Shown: one piece after another, positions 12,290 to 23,720 of the stretch
Layout of the letters: the number at the start of each line of letters is the position of its first letter
Numbering within the stretch: position 1 is the first letter of the stretch
Source of the DNA: Mobula hypostoma
Taxonomy: Eukaryota
Direction of reading: 5' to 3'
DNA length: 64,000 nt
NCBI RefSeq assembly: GCF_963921235.1
Contig: NC_086097.1
Location: 118,422,001-118,486,000, forward strand
Program-made: the position numbers and the translations under genes
Notes under the pieces: model-generated
The model's input: only the letters and a program-made list of their open reading frames with translations
What the model was told of the DNA's origin: nothing
Database searches by the model: none

Positions 12290-12620
12290 GGTTGACAGAG
12301 ATTATGATATGATGAGCTGATGATTTGAAGTACTAGTGCCATGGGTTAAGTGTGGAAATTGAATTATTTCAGGGGAAAATGATGGGGAATTTCATCACAC
12401 AGGGTGGTGAAAATGTGGAATGAGTTGTCAGTGGAAACGGTAAATGTAGGTTCGATTGCAATTTTTAAGAGGCAGTTAGATGAGTCATTGATGGGAGCAG
12501 TATGGAGGGCTATGGTCTGGGTGCAGGTTGATGGGAGTAGGCAGATTAATATTTTAGCATGGACTAGATGGGCCAAATGGCCCCTTTCTATGTTGTAGTG
12601 CCCTATGACACTGTGACCCT
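12290..12620 (+). mobile_element. CR1 3' end fragment
   Basis: VVKMWNELSVETVNVGSIAIFKRQLD followed by a CR1-type 3'UTR. Confidence 0.75.
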
Positions 12621-12639
12621 ATATAATTTGGAACCACTT

Positions 12640-12870
12640 TTCCCATCTAGCATCTCCCACCTTCTCACTTCATTCCCCTTTCCCCACCCACCGACCTGCC
12701 CCTCACCTGGCTTCACATCACCTGCCAGCTTGTATTCCTACTCCTCCCCCCACCTTCTTATTCTGGCTTCTATCACCTTCATTTCCAGTCCTGATGAAGG
12801 GTCTTGACCAGAAACATCAACTCTTCATTCCTCTCCATAGATGCTGCCTGACCTACTGAGCTCCCCCTGC

Positions 12871-12910
<40 letters not shown>

Positions 12911-12950
12911 GCTCTAGATATACAGCATCTGCAGAATGTCTTGTGTTTAT
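12640..12950 (+). mobile_element. Old PLE 3' tail with a decayed hammerhead motif (12786-12822)
   Basis: cagtc CTGATGA a gggtcttgacca GAAA ca TC aact; gatgctgcctgacct..cagcatctgcaga terminus shared with the other PLE tails. Confidence 0.75.
12873..12908. repeat. (TG)18 microsatellite inside the PLE tail
   Basis: Perfect TG run read directly. Confidence 0.95.
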
Positions 12951-12963
12951 GATATAAATTGGT

Positions 12964-13365
12964 AGTCATCATCATCATTATGTGCCGAGTGGTATGACGT
13001 GGGTGATTATGGTCTTTGGCCATGATTATTCTTGGCAAACATTTCCACAGAAGTGGTCTACCATTGCCTTCTTCTGGGTAGTGTCTTTACAAGATGTGTG
13101 ACCATACCCCTTCCCCACAATCCTCAACCATTATCAATGCCTTCCAGAGTTTGTCTGCTTGGCGTCAGTGGTCGCATAACCAGGATATACACAAGCTGCT
13201 CATACGACCATCCTCCACCTGCGTCCATGACCTTATGTGACCCTGATCAGGGTTGGGGGGCTAGGCAGGTGCTACACTTTGCCCAAGAGTGACCTTGCAG
13301 GCTAGCAGAGGGAAGGAGTGCAGTACACCTCCATTGGTAGAGACATATCTCCACCCCGCCACCCA
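12964..13365 (-). mobile_element. Short retroposon with an RTE/BovB-like 3' tail
   Basis: Minus strand has agaaggcaatggtagaccacttctg..tttgccaagaataatcatgg and ends in (gat)n, resembling BovA/Sauria-SINE tails from memory. Confidence 0.55.
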
Positions 13366-14483
13366 GAAAATTGGTAGTAGAGCTGGAAATAGAATTCTGT
13401 TCTGATGTTCTACAACCAAGGATGCATGTGAAGTATAGAATTCATTAGCATTTCATTTTAGTTTTCCTCAAATGATTGAGATATTTCAAAAGGCATGCAG
13501 TTTTGTTCAGTGTATTACAGTTCCTGCCAATAACTCGCTTTGCTCTCCAGCACAGTATGTGGCTTTCTTGAAATTTATCACCATGTCCACAAATGCTTCT
13601 CCAGATCCATAATGCCTCCTAATACCCTAGAGCAACTACAAAGCCTAAAAATACTACCCATTACAATGTTCCATTTTAATACATCGTGGTGCCTTGAGGG
13701 CTGATTCACATTCTCAATTTTCTAGCTACTTTTACACATATGAATAAATATTAATTATCTCATTTAAATCTATTCCTTTTGTGTAGATCCTATATTTTCC
13801 AGCTGAAATTCAAAATTAAATCCTGGATGTTCAAGACTTTCCTTCAGCTTAGTGAGTAAAACCGTTCTTTTCAGTCATTGTCAGCTCATTGCACTCTGCT
13901 CCAGACTACATTAAGCATCCTCCGGTTAAACCATGGTAGGTTTACCATCTTGGCTCTCTATTTGGCCTGGAAATGAATGTTCCACTCTGTGCCCAAGTTT
14001 TCTTATCTTCATCTCGAGAATATTGCTCCTTCAAGACTCCAGTCCTCTCAACCTTCATGTGAAATCCAGTTTCATGCTTTGAATATATTACTTACGGAAT
14101 AATCATGCATTGGGGATCACTGCTCCAGAGAAAACATTAATGTCAGTCTATTTCTGGTATCAGATTGAAGGTGGGTCCTTTTTCTGCAGACATCCCTTTG
14201 ATTCAAAATTGGAAAAGCTATGTCCCTTATGTCCCTTTAACCATCTGGTACTTGAAACAAGTTGCACAGCGAAAGTCACTACTTCAGTAGAGGAACAGTA
14301 TGACTACTTTGCACTATAATTGACATTTTTTGTCCAAGTTTTGTTATTACTTGTAAAAGCTGTATATGTTCTCTGTTTAAGTTATGCCTTTCTTGTGAAT
14401 GTTGTCTATTTGATGAAATGTGCCTCTGACACTACTGTAAATAAGCGTCTTACTGCAGTTGTTCATACATGTACGCATGCGTG

Positions 14484-15459
14484 TGCACGCGCCGGTCGTG
14501 CATGCAGCCTGTTACAGCCGTTCCGACCAGCATTCTTACTTTTTCCTTCTTACTTTTTAACTTACGTTATTTTTTGTTTTTTTTCCCCACAGTAACACGT
14601 TGAAGCAGCACCCTCTCTAACATACTGGTAGAGAGAGTTTTATTTGGGTTTTTAGCGCTGGAAATAGTTATATTCCGACACGTCTCATTAACGGGGCAGA
14701 AGCATGGTCACATTGTTTATTCTAGGGACCAGCTGATTGAGCATGCCGGCCGGTTTAGCGAGCAGAGCGGCAGACACCCCTGCTGAAATCTGGAGGAAAA
14801 CACACAGAGGATGCAGAGGGGGATCACAAAGGCGAGGAAAGAGGACCGGGTCGAGACAACAGAGGCTTATGGAGAAGAAGAGTTCGGTGGGTAATAAAAT
14901 GGACGAGTTCACGGCGCTAGCCAGGCGTCAGAGAACATTTCGGGAGTGCAGTGTTATGTGTTTTACTGGAACGGGGCTGCACAAGGACATACCCAATCAA
15001 ACCTTTTCCATGGATGGCTTCCAGACCGTTCCGGCTGACCGGAGGTGCACTGAGAGCGGTAAGCGTTAAGGAGTTGGGTGCTTACTGTTCTGGTTAACAA
15101 CGCATGGTGCAATCCAGGTCATATTACGATCAAGGAACGTGTTTGTAGACCGAATATTGAACTTTTTGCTGTTGGACCCCGGCCATATTCCACCGAGATA
15201 CAACACTGGGCATCATGAGAGGTTGTTCCTGCCTGTGACCATCGAACTTTGCAGCTCCTCCCATGAAGGGTCAGACATCCTGAGCCGATAGGCTGGTCCT
15301 GGGCTTATTTCCATCTGGCATAGTTTGCGTTTTCATGTTTGATTGTTTGTGGTTTTTGTATTGCTATATTTATGGTCTATTCTTGGTTGGTGCGGCTGTA
15401 ACGAAACCCAATTTCCCTCAGGATCAATAAAGTATATTTATCTATCTATCTATCTATGT
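14484..15459 (+). mobile_element. Internally deleted Rex1-type element: 5'UTR and APE start fused to the 3' end
   Basis: SVGNKMDEFTALARRQRTFRECSVMCFT..DGFQTVPADR (APE N-terminus) joins at ~15188 to a sequence matching 19900-20130; (tatc)n tail; candidate TSD atgcgtg at 14477-14483 and 15460-15466. Confidence 0.8.
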
Positions 15460-16129
15460 ATGCGTGCATTTGGTAATAGCCTCAACTTTGACTTTGATTT
15501 TGACATACAGTATGTTCTTACAACCTCCACTCTCTACGAATCCCAGCCTGTACAGAGCTCTATCAGCATGGTCTCTCTCACCAACTGTTCCCAAGTTCGA
15601 CTGATCACCAACCAACCACGTCCCACTTCTTTGTTCTACTCCAGCTGGGTAATGTCTATCTTTATGTCACCAGCATCATTAATTCTTTACCTGCTTCTGG
15701 ATTATCATCTTCATGATCAGTAACTGCACATTCAACTATTACACATATGCCCTTTGGGATACTTCTCCTAAACTAGACTTCCACTTCCTCTTCATCCAGA
15801 ACCATTATTTTACTTTTCTTCCCTTCCAAAACCATCTGATTAGATGATCAGTTTCCATATTTTCCTTTTGTTGAGCATATAGTGATATTTAATGTAAGGA
15901 CCAAAGTCAAGGCAAGTTGCGACATTGTGAAGATGTCATGAATTTTTGCAGGATATGTTGAGCAGAATGTGATTTTACACAACACTTAGAATACTAAGGA
16001 AATTTTAAAAAGAGGAAAGGATCCAATTTATTTATTCTGGAAGGAATTTCAATATACAAGCTCTTAAAAAAATTACTGTATTTATATGGTTTGCGGAACA
16101 TTTCAACATTAGACAGAATGCATTCACTC

Positions 16130-18660
16130 TGAATACAGATGGAATACAGTGTAGGAAAGTGTATGATCCTGTACTTGGGTAGAAAGAATCAGTATGTATA
16201 TTATTTTCTCAATGGGGAGTGATTTCAAAAATCGAATGTGCAAAGTGACTTAGGAGTCCCAGTGAAAGATTCCCTAAAGTTTAGTTTGCAGGTTAGGCCG
16301 GTAGTAAAGAAAGTGAATACAATGCTGGCATTCATTTTGAGAGGATTAGAATATAAAAGCAAAGATGCAATGCTGAGACTTTATAAGGCACTGGTTAGAC
16401 CATCTTTGGAGTATTCTGGTCAGGTTTGGGCACCATATCTAAGAAAGAACATGTTGTTGGACAGGGTCGTCCAGAGGAGGTTTAACATAGAACATAGAAT
16501 AGTACAGCACATTACAGGCCCTTCGGCCCACAATGTTGTGCCGACCCTCAAACCCTGCCTCCCGAATAACTCGCCAAATTAAATTCCTCCATATTCCTGT
16601 CTAGTAGTCTCTTAAACTTCACTAGCGTACCTGCCTCCACCACTGACTCAGGCAGTGCATTCCATGCACCAACCACTCTCTGAGTGAAAAACCTTCCTCT
16701 AATATCCCCCTTGAACTTCCCACCCCTTACCTTAAAGCCATGTCCTCTTGTATTGAGCAGTGGTTCCCTGGGGAAGAGGTGAAGGCTATCCACTCTATCT
16801 ATTCCTCTTATTACCTTGTACACCTCTATCATGTCTCCTCTCATCCTCCTTTTCTCCAAAGAGTAAAGCCCTAGCTCCCTTAATCTCTGATCATAATGCA
16901 TACTTTCTAAACCAGGCAGCATCCTGGTAAATCTCCTCTGTACCCTTTCCAATGCATCCACATCCTTCCTATAGTGAGGTGACCAGAACTGGACACAATA
17001 CTCCAAGTGTGGCCTAACCAGAGTTTTATAGAGCTGCATTTTTACATCGCGACTCTTAAACTCTATCCCTCGACTTATGAAAGCTAACACCCCATAAGCT
17101 TTCTTAACTACCCTATCTACCTGTGAGGCAACCTTCAGGGATCTGTGGACATGTACCCCGAGATCCCTCTGCTCCTCCACACTACCAAGTATCCTACCAT
17201 TTACTTTGTACTCTGCCTTGGAGTTTGTCCTTCCAAGGTGTACCACCTCACACTTCTCCTGGTTGAACTCCATCTGCCACTTCTCAGCCCACTTCTGCAT
17301 CCTATGAATGTCTCTCTGCAAACTTTGATAATGCTCTACACTATCTACAACACCACCAACCTTTGTGTTGTCTGCAAACTTACCAACCCACCCTTCTACC
17401 CCCATATCCAGGTCGTAAATAAAAATCACGAAAAGTAGACATCCCAGAACAGATTCTTGTGGGATACCACTAGTCACAATCCTCCAATCTGAATGTACTC
17501 CCTCCACCATGACACTCTGCCTTCAGCAGGGAAGCCAATTCTGAATCCACCTGGTCAACCTTCACTGGGTCCCATGCCTTCTGACTTTCTGAATAAGCCT
17601 ACCTTGTGGAACCTTGTCAAATGCCTTACTAAAATCCATATAGATCACATCCACTACGCTACCCTCATCTATATGCCTGGTCACCTCCTCAAAGAACTCT
17701 ATCAGGCTTGTTAGACATGATCTGCCCTTCACAAAGCCATGCTGACTGTCCCGATCAGAGCATGATTCTCTAAATGCCCATAGATTCTATCTCTAAGAAT
17801 CTTTTCCAATAGCTTTCCCACCACAGACGTAAGGCTCACTGGTCTATAATTACCTGGACTATCCCTACTAACTTTTTTGAACAAGGGGACAACATTTGCC
17901 TCCCTCCAATCCTCCGATACCATTCCCGTGGACAACGAGGAGATAAGGATCCCAGCCAGAGGCTCAGCAATCTCTTCCCTCACCTCGTGGAGCAGCCTGG
18001 GGAATATTCCGCCAGGCCCTTGAAACTTATCCGTCCTAATGTATTTTAGCAACTCCAACACCTCTTCTCCCTTAGTATCAACATGCTCCAGAACATCAAC
18101 CTCACTCATATTGTCCGCAGCATCATCAAGTTCCCTCTCATTGGTGAATACCAAAGAGAAGTATTCAGTGAGGACCTCACTCACCTCCACAGCCTCCAGG
18201 CACATCTTCGTGAATGATCCCAGGAATGAAAGGGTTAATGCATAAGGAGCACTTGATGGCATTAGGCCTGTCCTCACTAGAGCGTAGAATATTGAAGAGG
18301 GATCTCATTGAAACATGCCATTATTGAAAGGCTTAGCCAGAGTGGACATGGAGAGACTGTTGCCAATAGTGGGAGAGTGTAGGTCCATGGGGCACAGCTT
18401 TTGAATAGAAGAGAGATGGGGAGGAAATTTATTAGCCAGAATAAAGTCTGTGGAATTCATTGCGACGCACAACTTTAATGGCCAAGTCATTGGTTGTATT
18501 TAAAGTGGAGTTTAATGGGCTTTTGATTAATAAGGGCACCAAATGTTATGGGGAGAAGTCAGGAGAATGGGGTTAATAGGAAAGTAAGTCATGCATGATT
18601 GAATGGTGGAACAGGGTCGATGGACAAAATGACCTAATTCCGCTCCTATGTCTTATGGCA
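16130..18660 (+). mobile_element. Old CR1 3' part, interrupted at 16484-18208
   Basis: QSDLGVPVKDSLK..LYKALVRPSLEY..VQRRF resumes at ~18209 with gaatgatcccaggaatg. Confidence 0.8.
16484..18208 (-). mobile_element. 5'-truncated CR1 LINE (RT, frameshifted)
   Basis: ORFs 17729-18277 and 16548-17510 (NYRPVSLTSVVGKLLE..SGIPQESVLG..FADNTKVGG); (ttctatg)n-type tail. Confidence 0.93.
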
Positions 18661-18749
18661 TTATTGTCTATTAGGAATGTGTCATGCTTATAATGAGAAG
18701 CTTACCTGCCTGATTAGCTAAAGAAGCTCCTTTGTTTCTAAATGATCTA

Positions 18750-20157
18750 TGCTGTGGAAGACGTCCTGCCTAGTCCCTGTGGCGAAGATGCTGTGCCCTG
18801 GCGGCCTCAGTGACTACAGACCAGTGGCATTGACCTTCCACATCATGAAAACCCTGGAGAGACTTGTTCTGGAGCTGCTCCGGCCTATGGTTAGGCTGCA
18901 CTTAGATCCCCTCCAGTTTGCCTACCAGCCCCGACTAGGAGTTGAGGATGCCATTGTCTACCTGCTGAACTGTGTCTACGCCCACCCGGACAAGCCAACG
19001 AGCACTGTGAGGGTCATGTTTTTTGACTTCTCCAGTGCGTTCAACACCATCCGCCCTGCTCTGCTGGGGGAGAAGCTGACAACGAGGCAGGTGGATGCTT
19101 TCCTGGTGTCATGGATTCTTGATTACCTGACTGGCAGACCACAGTACATGTGCTTGCAACACTGTGTGTCTGACAGAGTGGTCAGCAGCATAGGGGTTCC
19201 ACAGGGGACTGTCTTGTCTCCCTTTCTCTTCACCAGTTACACCTCAGTCTTCAGTTAATGCACAGAGTCTTGTCATCTTCAGAAGTTTTCTGATGACTCT
19301 GCCATAGTTGGATGTATCAGCAAGGGAGATGAGGCTGAGTACAGGGCTACGGTAGGAAACTTTGTCACATGGTGTGAGCAGAATTGTCTGCAGCTTAATG
19401 TAAAAAAGACTAAGGAGCTGGTGGTAGACCTGAGGACAGCTAAGGCACCAGGGACCCCTGTTCCCATCCAGGGGGTCAGTGTGGACATGGCGGAGGATTA
19501 CAAATACCTGGGGATATGAATTGAAAATAAACTGGACTTGTCTCAGAACACTGAGGCTGTCTACAAGAAGGGTCAGAGCCGTCTCTATTTCCTGAGGAGA
19601 CTGAGATCCTTTAACATCTGTCGGACGATGCTGAGGATGTTCTACGAGTCGAGTCTGTGGTGGCCAGTGTGATCATGTTTGCTGTTGTGTGCTGGGGCAG
19701 CAGGCTGAGGGTAGCAGACATCAACAGAATCAACAAACTCATTCGTAAGGCCAGTGATGTTGTGGAGATGGAACTGGACTCTCTGACGGTGGTGTCTGAA
19801 AAGAGGATGCTGTCCAAGTTGTATGCTATCTTGGACAATGTCTCCCATCCACTACATAATGTACTAGTTCGGCACAGGAGTACATTCAGCCAGAGACTCA
19901 TTCCTCCGAGATGCAACACAGAGTGTCATAGGAAGTCATTCCTGCCTGTGGCCATCAAACTTTACAACTCCTCCGTTGGAGGGTCAGACACCCTGAGCCA
20001 ATAGGCTGGTCCTGGACTTATTTCCTGGCATAATTTACATATTAATATTTAACTATTTATGGTTTTATTACTATTTATTATTTATGGTGCAACTGTAACC
20101 AAAACCAATTTCCCCCGGGATCAATAAAGTATGACTATGACTATGACTATGACTATG
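18750..20157 (+). mobile_element. 5'-truncated Rex1/Babar LINE
   Basis: DYRPVALT..LDPLQFAYQ..VRVMFFDFSSAFNTI..GVPQGTVLSPFLF; aataaa followed by a (ctatga)n tail. Confidence 0.93.
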
Positions 20158-21419
20158 ATTCTTCACCACAGTTATCAGCATTTTGCAAGTGCTATGCTTA
20201 CTGGTCATTTACCATCAAATCGTGCAAGCTCCTTTAGGGTGTATCAGGACTATCATGGACTCAGTGTGATGTGCATATAAGCACTGACTGAGCGCTACTT
20301 TCTCACTGCACATCCCATGGCAGAGGAGGATGGAGTACATAGTATTAAGTATTAAGTGTATAAAAATTGACTCAATCATGAACATGGAGCCAAAGTGATA
20401 CTCGTGACTTTCTTCTGTACAGCAACATCGAACATGTGAGAAACCCAGTGTGACATGCAAATGTGGAAGTTGCAGCAAATCAAGGATTAAGATAATGTCG
20501 AGGCAAGGATAATTTACAGACAGTGTGCAGTCAGCCCAGGCAGGAAAGGTCTTTGAAGAGACCTTTGGAGTATTCTGATCAGTTCTGGGCAGAAAGTACA
20601 TGCTGCTAGTGAAGGGGTTACAGAGGAGGTTTACATGGGCAGGGGGCTGCAGCCATTTGACATGCCAAGACAAGATAAAGATGCAAACAAATAATTTTTG
20701 AGTTACACTTAGTACTGGTTAGTTGATTTATTAATTCTAAAGTGTTATCGGCCTTTAACATGTAGATTCCTTTGGTTATTAATACTGATGGCTGGTAACC
20801 CGTTATGCAAATAAGGAATCTAAACATCTACAAGGTTACCAATTGCTTAATATCTCTATCCAACTAGTCAATTTACATATAAAAATGGCATTTCTTTGTT
20901 TAAATTTTAGAGCAGTTTGTTGGCAGGGGCCATGATGTTTTCCTTGCGGAGAAGTAAGTGAGGAACAAATGCAAGTTTTCAGAGTTCAGTTAATTGGCAT
21001 TGACATACAAACTGACAGATGGATTAAATGTCCTACCCCTGTGCCAAAAATTCATTGTAATTCTAAGCTGTCTATAAAACATTAAATAGCTCCAAAGTCA
21101 GGCTGGCAAACAAAAGGATCTTGTCAATGGGAAATGGATAGGCTGGCAGCTATATAACTCAATGACTATCACTCACTGAAATGTCCCCACTGAAGGTTTA
21201 TTGCAAATGGAGTTGGCAAGAAATTAATACTGATAACTTTTAATAGAGCCATTTGGTCAATATGAGAACAAAAACTGAAATGTATAATACATTATATTAT
21301 ATCAATAAGAATATAAATCCACTAGATTTTGGGATTAAGTGAACATTAATGCACTAAAGATATTATGACATAGAATCAAAGTGTTTTAGTTGATATTATT
21401 AGTGTACAATTCAGATCTC

Positions 21420-21800
21420 TCTCCAAGGATCATCATCTTGTTGGGGTAGAGGTTTGTGAGTTACTGAGATCTCAAGAGTGATGCCGTCTGGAATTTTTCC
21501 ATCTGGTGTTTTGCTCCTGGTACGGTCACTCATGATGGCAAGGTCAGGGCGGATGTTCCAGACAAAGAGCGATCTAACCAGGGCCTCAGCCGTGGAGTTG
21601 GCAGAATATTTTGACACATCACAATGACAGTGAGGGTGGCGGAAGGCTGCAGCAGTGAAGGGTCCTCAGTCAGCTTGCACTCCGTGCCACTGGGCCTTGA
21701 CCTCCATCTGTCAAGGACTGTATGATGGCTGCCCGTGCATCAGCTCCCCACGTTAAACAAAGTCACGCACAGTCATTCCACATTAAGGGAATCCACTATA
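21420..21800 (+). mobile_element. RTE-5'UTR-like short repeat, decayed
   Basis: tttgctcctggtacggtcactcatg..ggtcagggcggatgttccagacaaagagcg resembles 22140-22290 and fish RTE 5'UTRs from memory. Confidence 0.4.
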
Positions 21801-22139
21801 ACATACGGGATTAATTTCTGCGCCGATATGAAAAGCCCCACTAATGGACAACTCCTTCGGAGAACATAATACTTGTCTTGTGTGGTCACTTTACTACGAT
21901 AATTCAGCTCAAATCATCATCAGATTTCCTTTCAGGTTTTATCAACTTCTAACAAGTGACGGTTTCCACATACAAATGTCAACATTTTCATGCATTTAAT
22001 TACATTTTGGATGGAGAGCTTGTTTAATCAATTATTTCTGAGTGAGAAATCCATGTTGCATTTGAATTTCAATCCTTTAGATGCAAATCCAAGATTTCCA
22101 TTCAATTTTCACGGTTCTTGGGCCTGAAGCCCTCCAAGA

Positions 22140-22510
22140 GCGCCACAACCTATTGTGGTTTGGAGGCTTGCATGTCTCAATGACCCAAAGAGCTATGTTG
22201 GCAGGATTCAGGGCCTTAGGTTTTGGTTCTTGGTAAGGTCACCCATAACAACCAGGTCAAAGGGTAGAGGCCAGACTAAGAGTGGTCCGCTGGTCTCCAG
22301 GTTTCGGGGATCAGCTCAGAACAATGTAGAATCCTTCTACATCTGAGTGTGACCATATTCCTGAATCTCCACCTGAGACAGCATGACTGAAAGCAATGAA
22401 AACTGAGAGGAAGCTGCTGACAAGATGAAGTAAGCTGTAAACACTGCCAGAGATGAGAGACCTTCTTTTCCGCCCTAAATGCCAGCAGCATTAATGGGCA
22501 AAAGAGAAAG
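22140..22510 (+). mobile_element. RTE-derived short element with a 5'UTR-like head and an RTE-like 3' end
   Basis: Head gcttgcatgtctcaatgacccaaagagctatg..ggccagactaagagtgg; tail gccagagatgagagacc..gccctaaatgccagc. Confidence 0.45.
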
Positions 22511-23399
22511 AGGAGAGCCTGAAGTGGATAGATCCCATTGGGACTATTGTTATCACTAAGCCAATAACTAGTGCTGTAATTAGGTTTGAAATTAATGAAG
22601 GGATTTGGGACATAGAGAGAGAATGCTTGGAGAAATCAGGAGAGGACCCACTTGTCCTGATTTCTCCATTGAAATTGACATTGAAAAGCAATAATCTTAA
22701 TTTTAGACAGCAGAGTTAAAAGTGAAGAGAGGAATAGAAAGAAAGGAAGATTTTAACAGAAGTAATATCACGTTAGTCCACAAAATGATGTCAGCAATAT
22801 TGTAACAACGCTGAAGGCACCACATATAAATGAGCAAAGCATTTGTAATAGAAACAACAAACTGAATAAATTTAAGGGATCTGATCTAGTTATCATTATG
22901 GAAAAGAGGTTGAACAACTAATATCAGGAACTAAATAGTCCAGACATCAATGTTTTAGAAAGTTCAGGCACATAAAACAGAATGGGGTAAACTATTTTTA
23001 TAATAGCAAAAGATGAAATAAAGACTAAATGACCATAAGACATAGGAGGAGAATTAGGTCATTTGGCCCATCGAGTCTACTCCGCCATTCCTTCATGATC
23101 TTTGACACCCTTACTAATCAAGAAGCGATCAACCTCTGCTTTAAATATACCCAATGATGACTTCTTCAGCCAACTGTGACAATGGATTCCACTAAAGAAG
23201 TTAAAAGAAAAAAGATGCTCATTTTTAGAAAAGGCAGATGTGTGACCTGTTACTCGGAGAAAAGGAACAAAAATGTGAAGGGCACATGACTTGAAATAAG
23301 CTTCGTATTTGTATTGTAAGGCAGAATATAAATCAAGGAATTAAAGATACACTTTATACCAGTGATATTCTGACAATGAGGGCTTTTATTTGCCCATTG

Positions 23400-23720
23400 C
23401 TGCACACTCTATTCATTCATTACTGCACACCCAAAAATCACACAGTCAAGTTCGCCAATGACACAACAGTGGTTGGACTGATCACCAGCAACAACGAGAC
23501 GGCCTACAGAGAAGAGTTGGAAGAGCTTGATGCCTAGTGCCAGACAAATAATCACTTCCTTAATGTAAACAACATTGTATATCCATGCTCACATCATTCT
23601 GCAGATACGCAGGACAGAGCATCCTAAAAAGCTGCATTATTGCTTGTGGTGGAAACTGCACAGTGGCAGGCCGGAAGACTCCACAACGGGTAGTCAAAAC
23701 TGCTAAATGCAACACTGCCA
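23400..23720 (+). mobile_element. Rex1-type RT fragments
   Basis: KFANDTTVVGLITSNNETAYREELEEL; ESILKSCIIACGG. Confidence 0.7.

Noticed and set aside
13270..13365. HDV-like ribozyme at the head of the RTE-tailed element
   Set aside because: A P1-like pairing (gggtggc/gtcactc) exists, but P2, P3, P1.1 and J4/2 could not be assigned.
20130..20157. Short tandem arrays such as (ctatga)n, (tttctatg)n and (ttgaatc)n as CRISPR-like or satellite repeats
   Set aside because: These are ordinary LINE 3' tails with no spacers.
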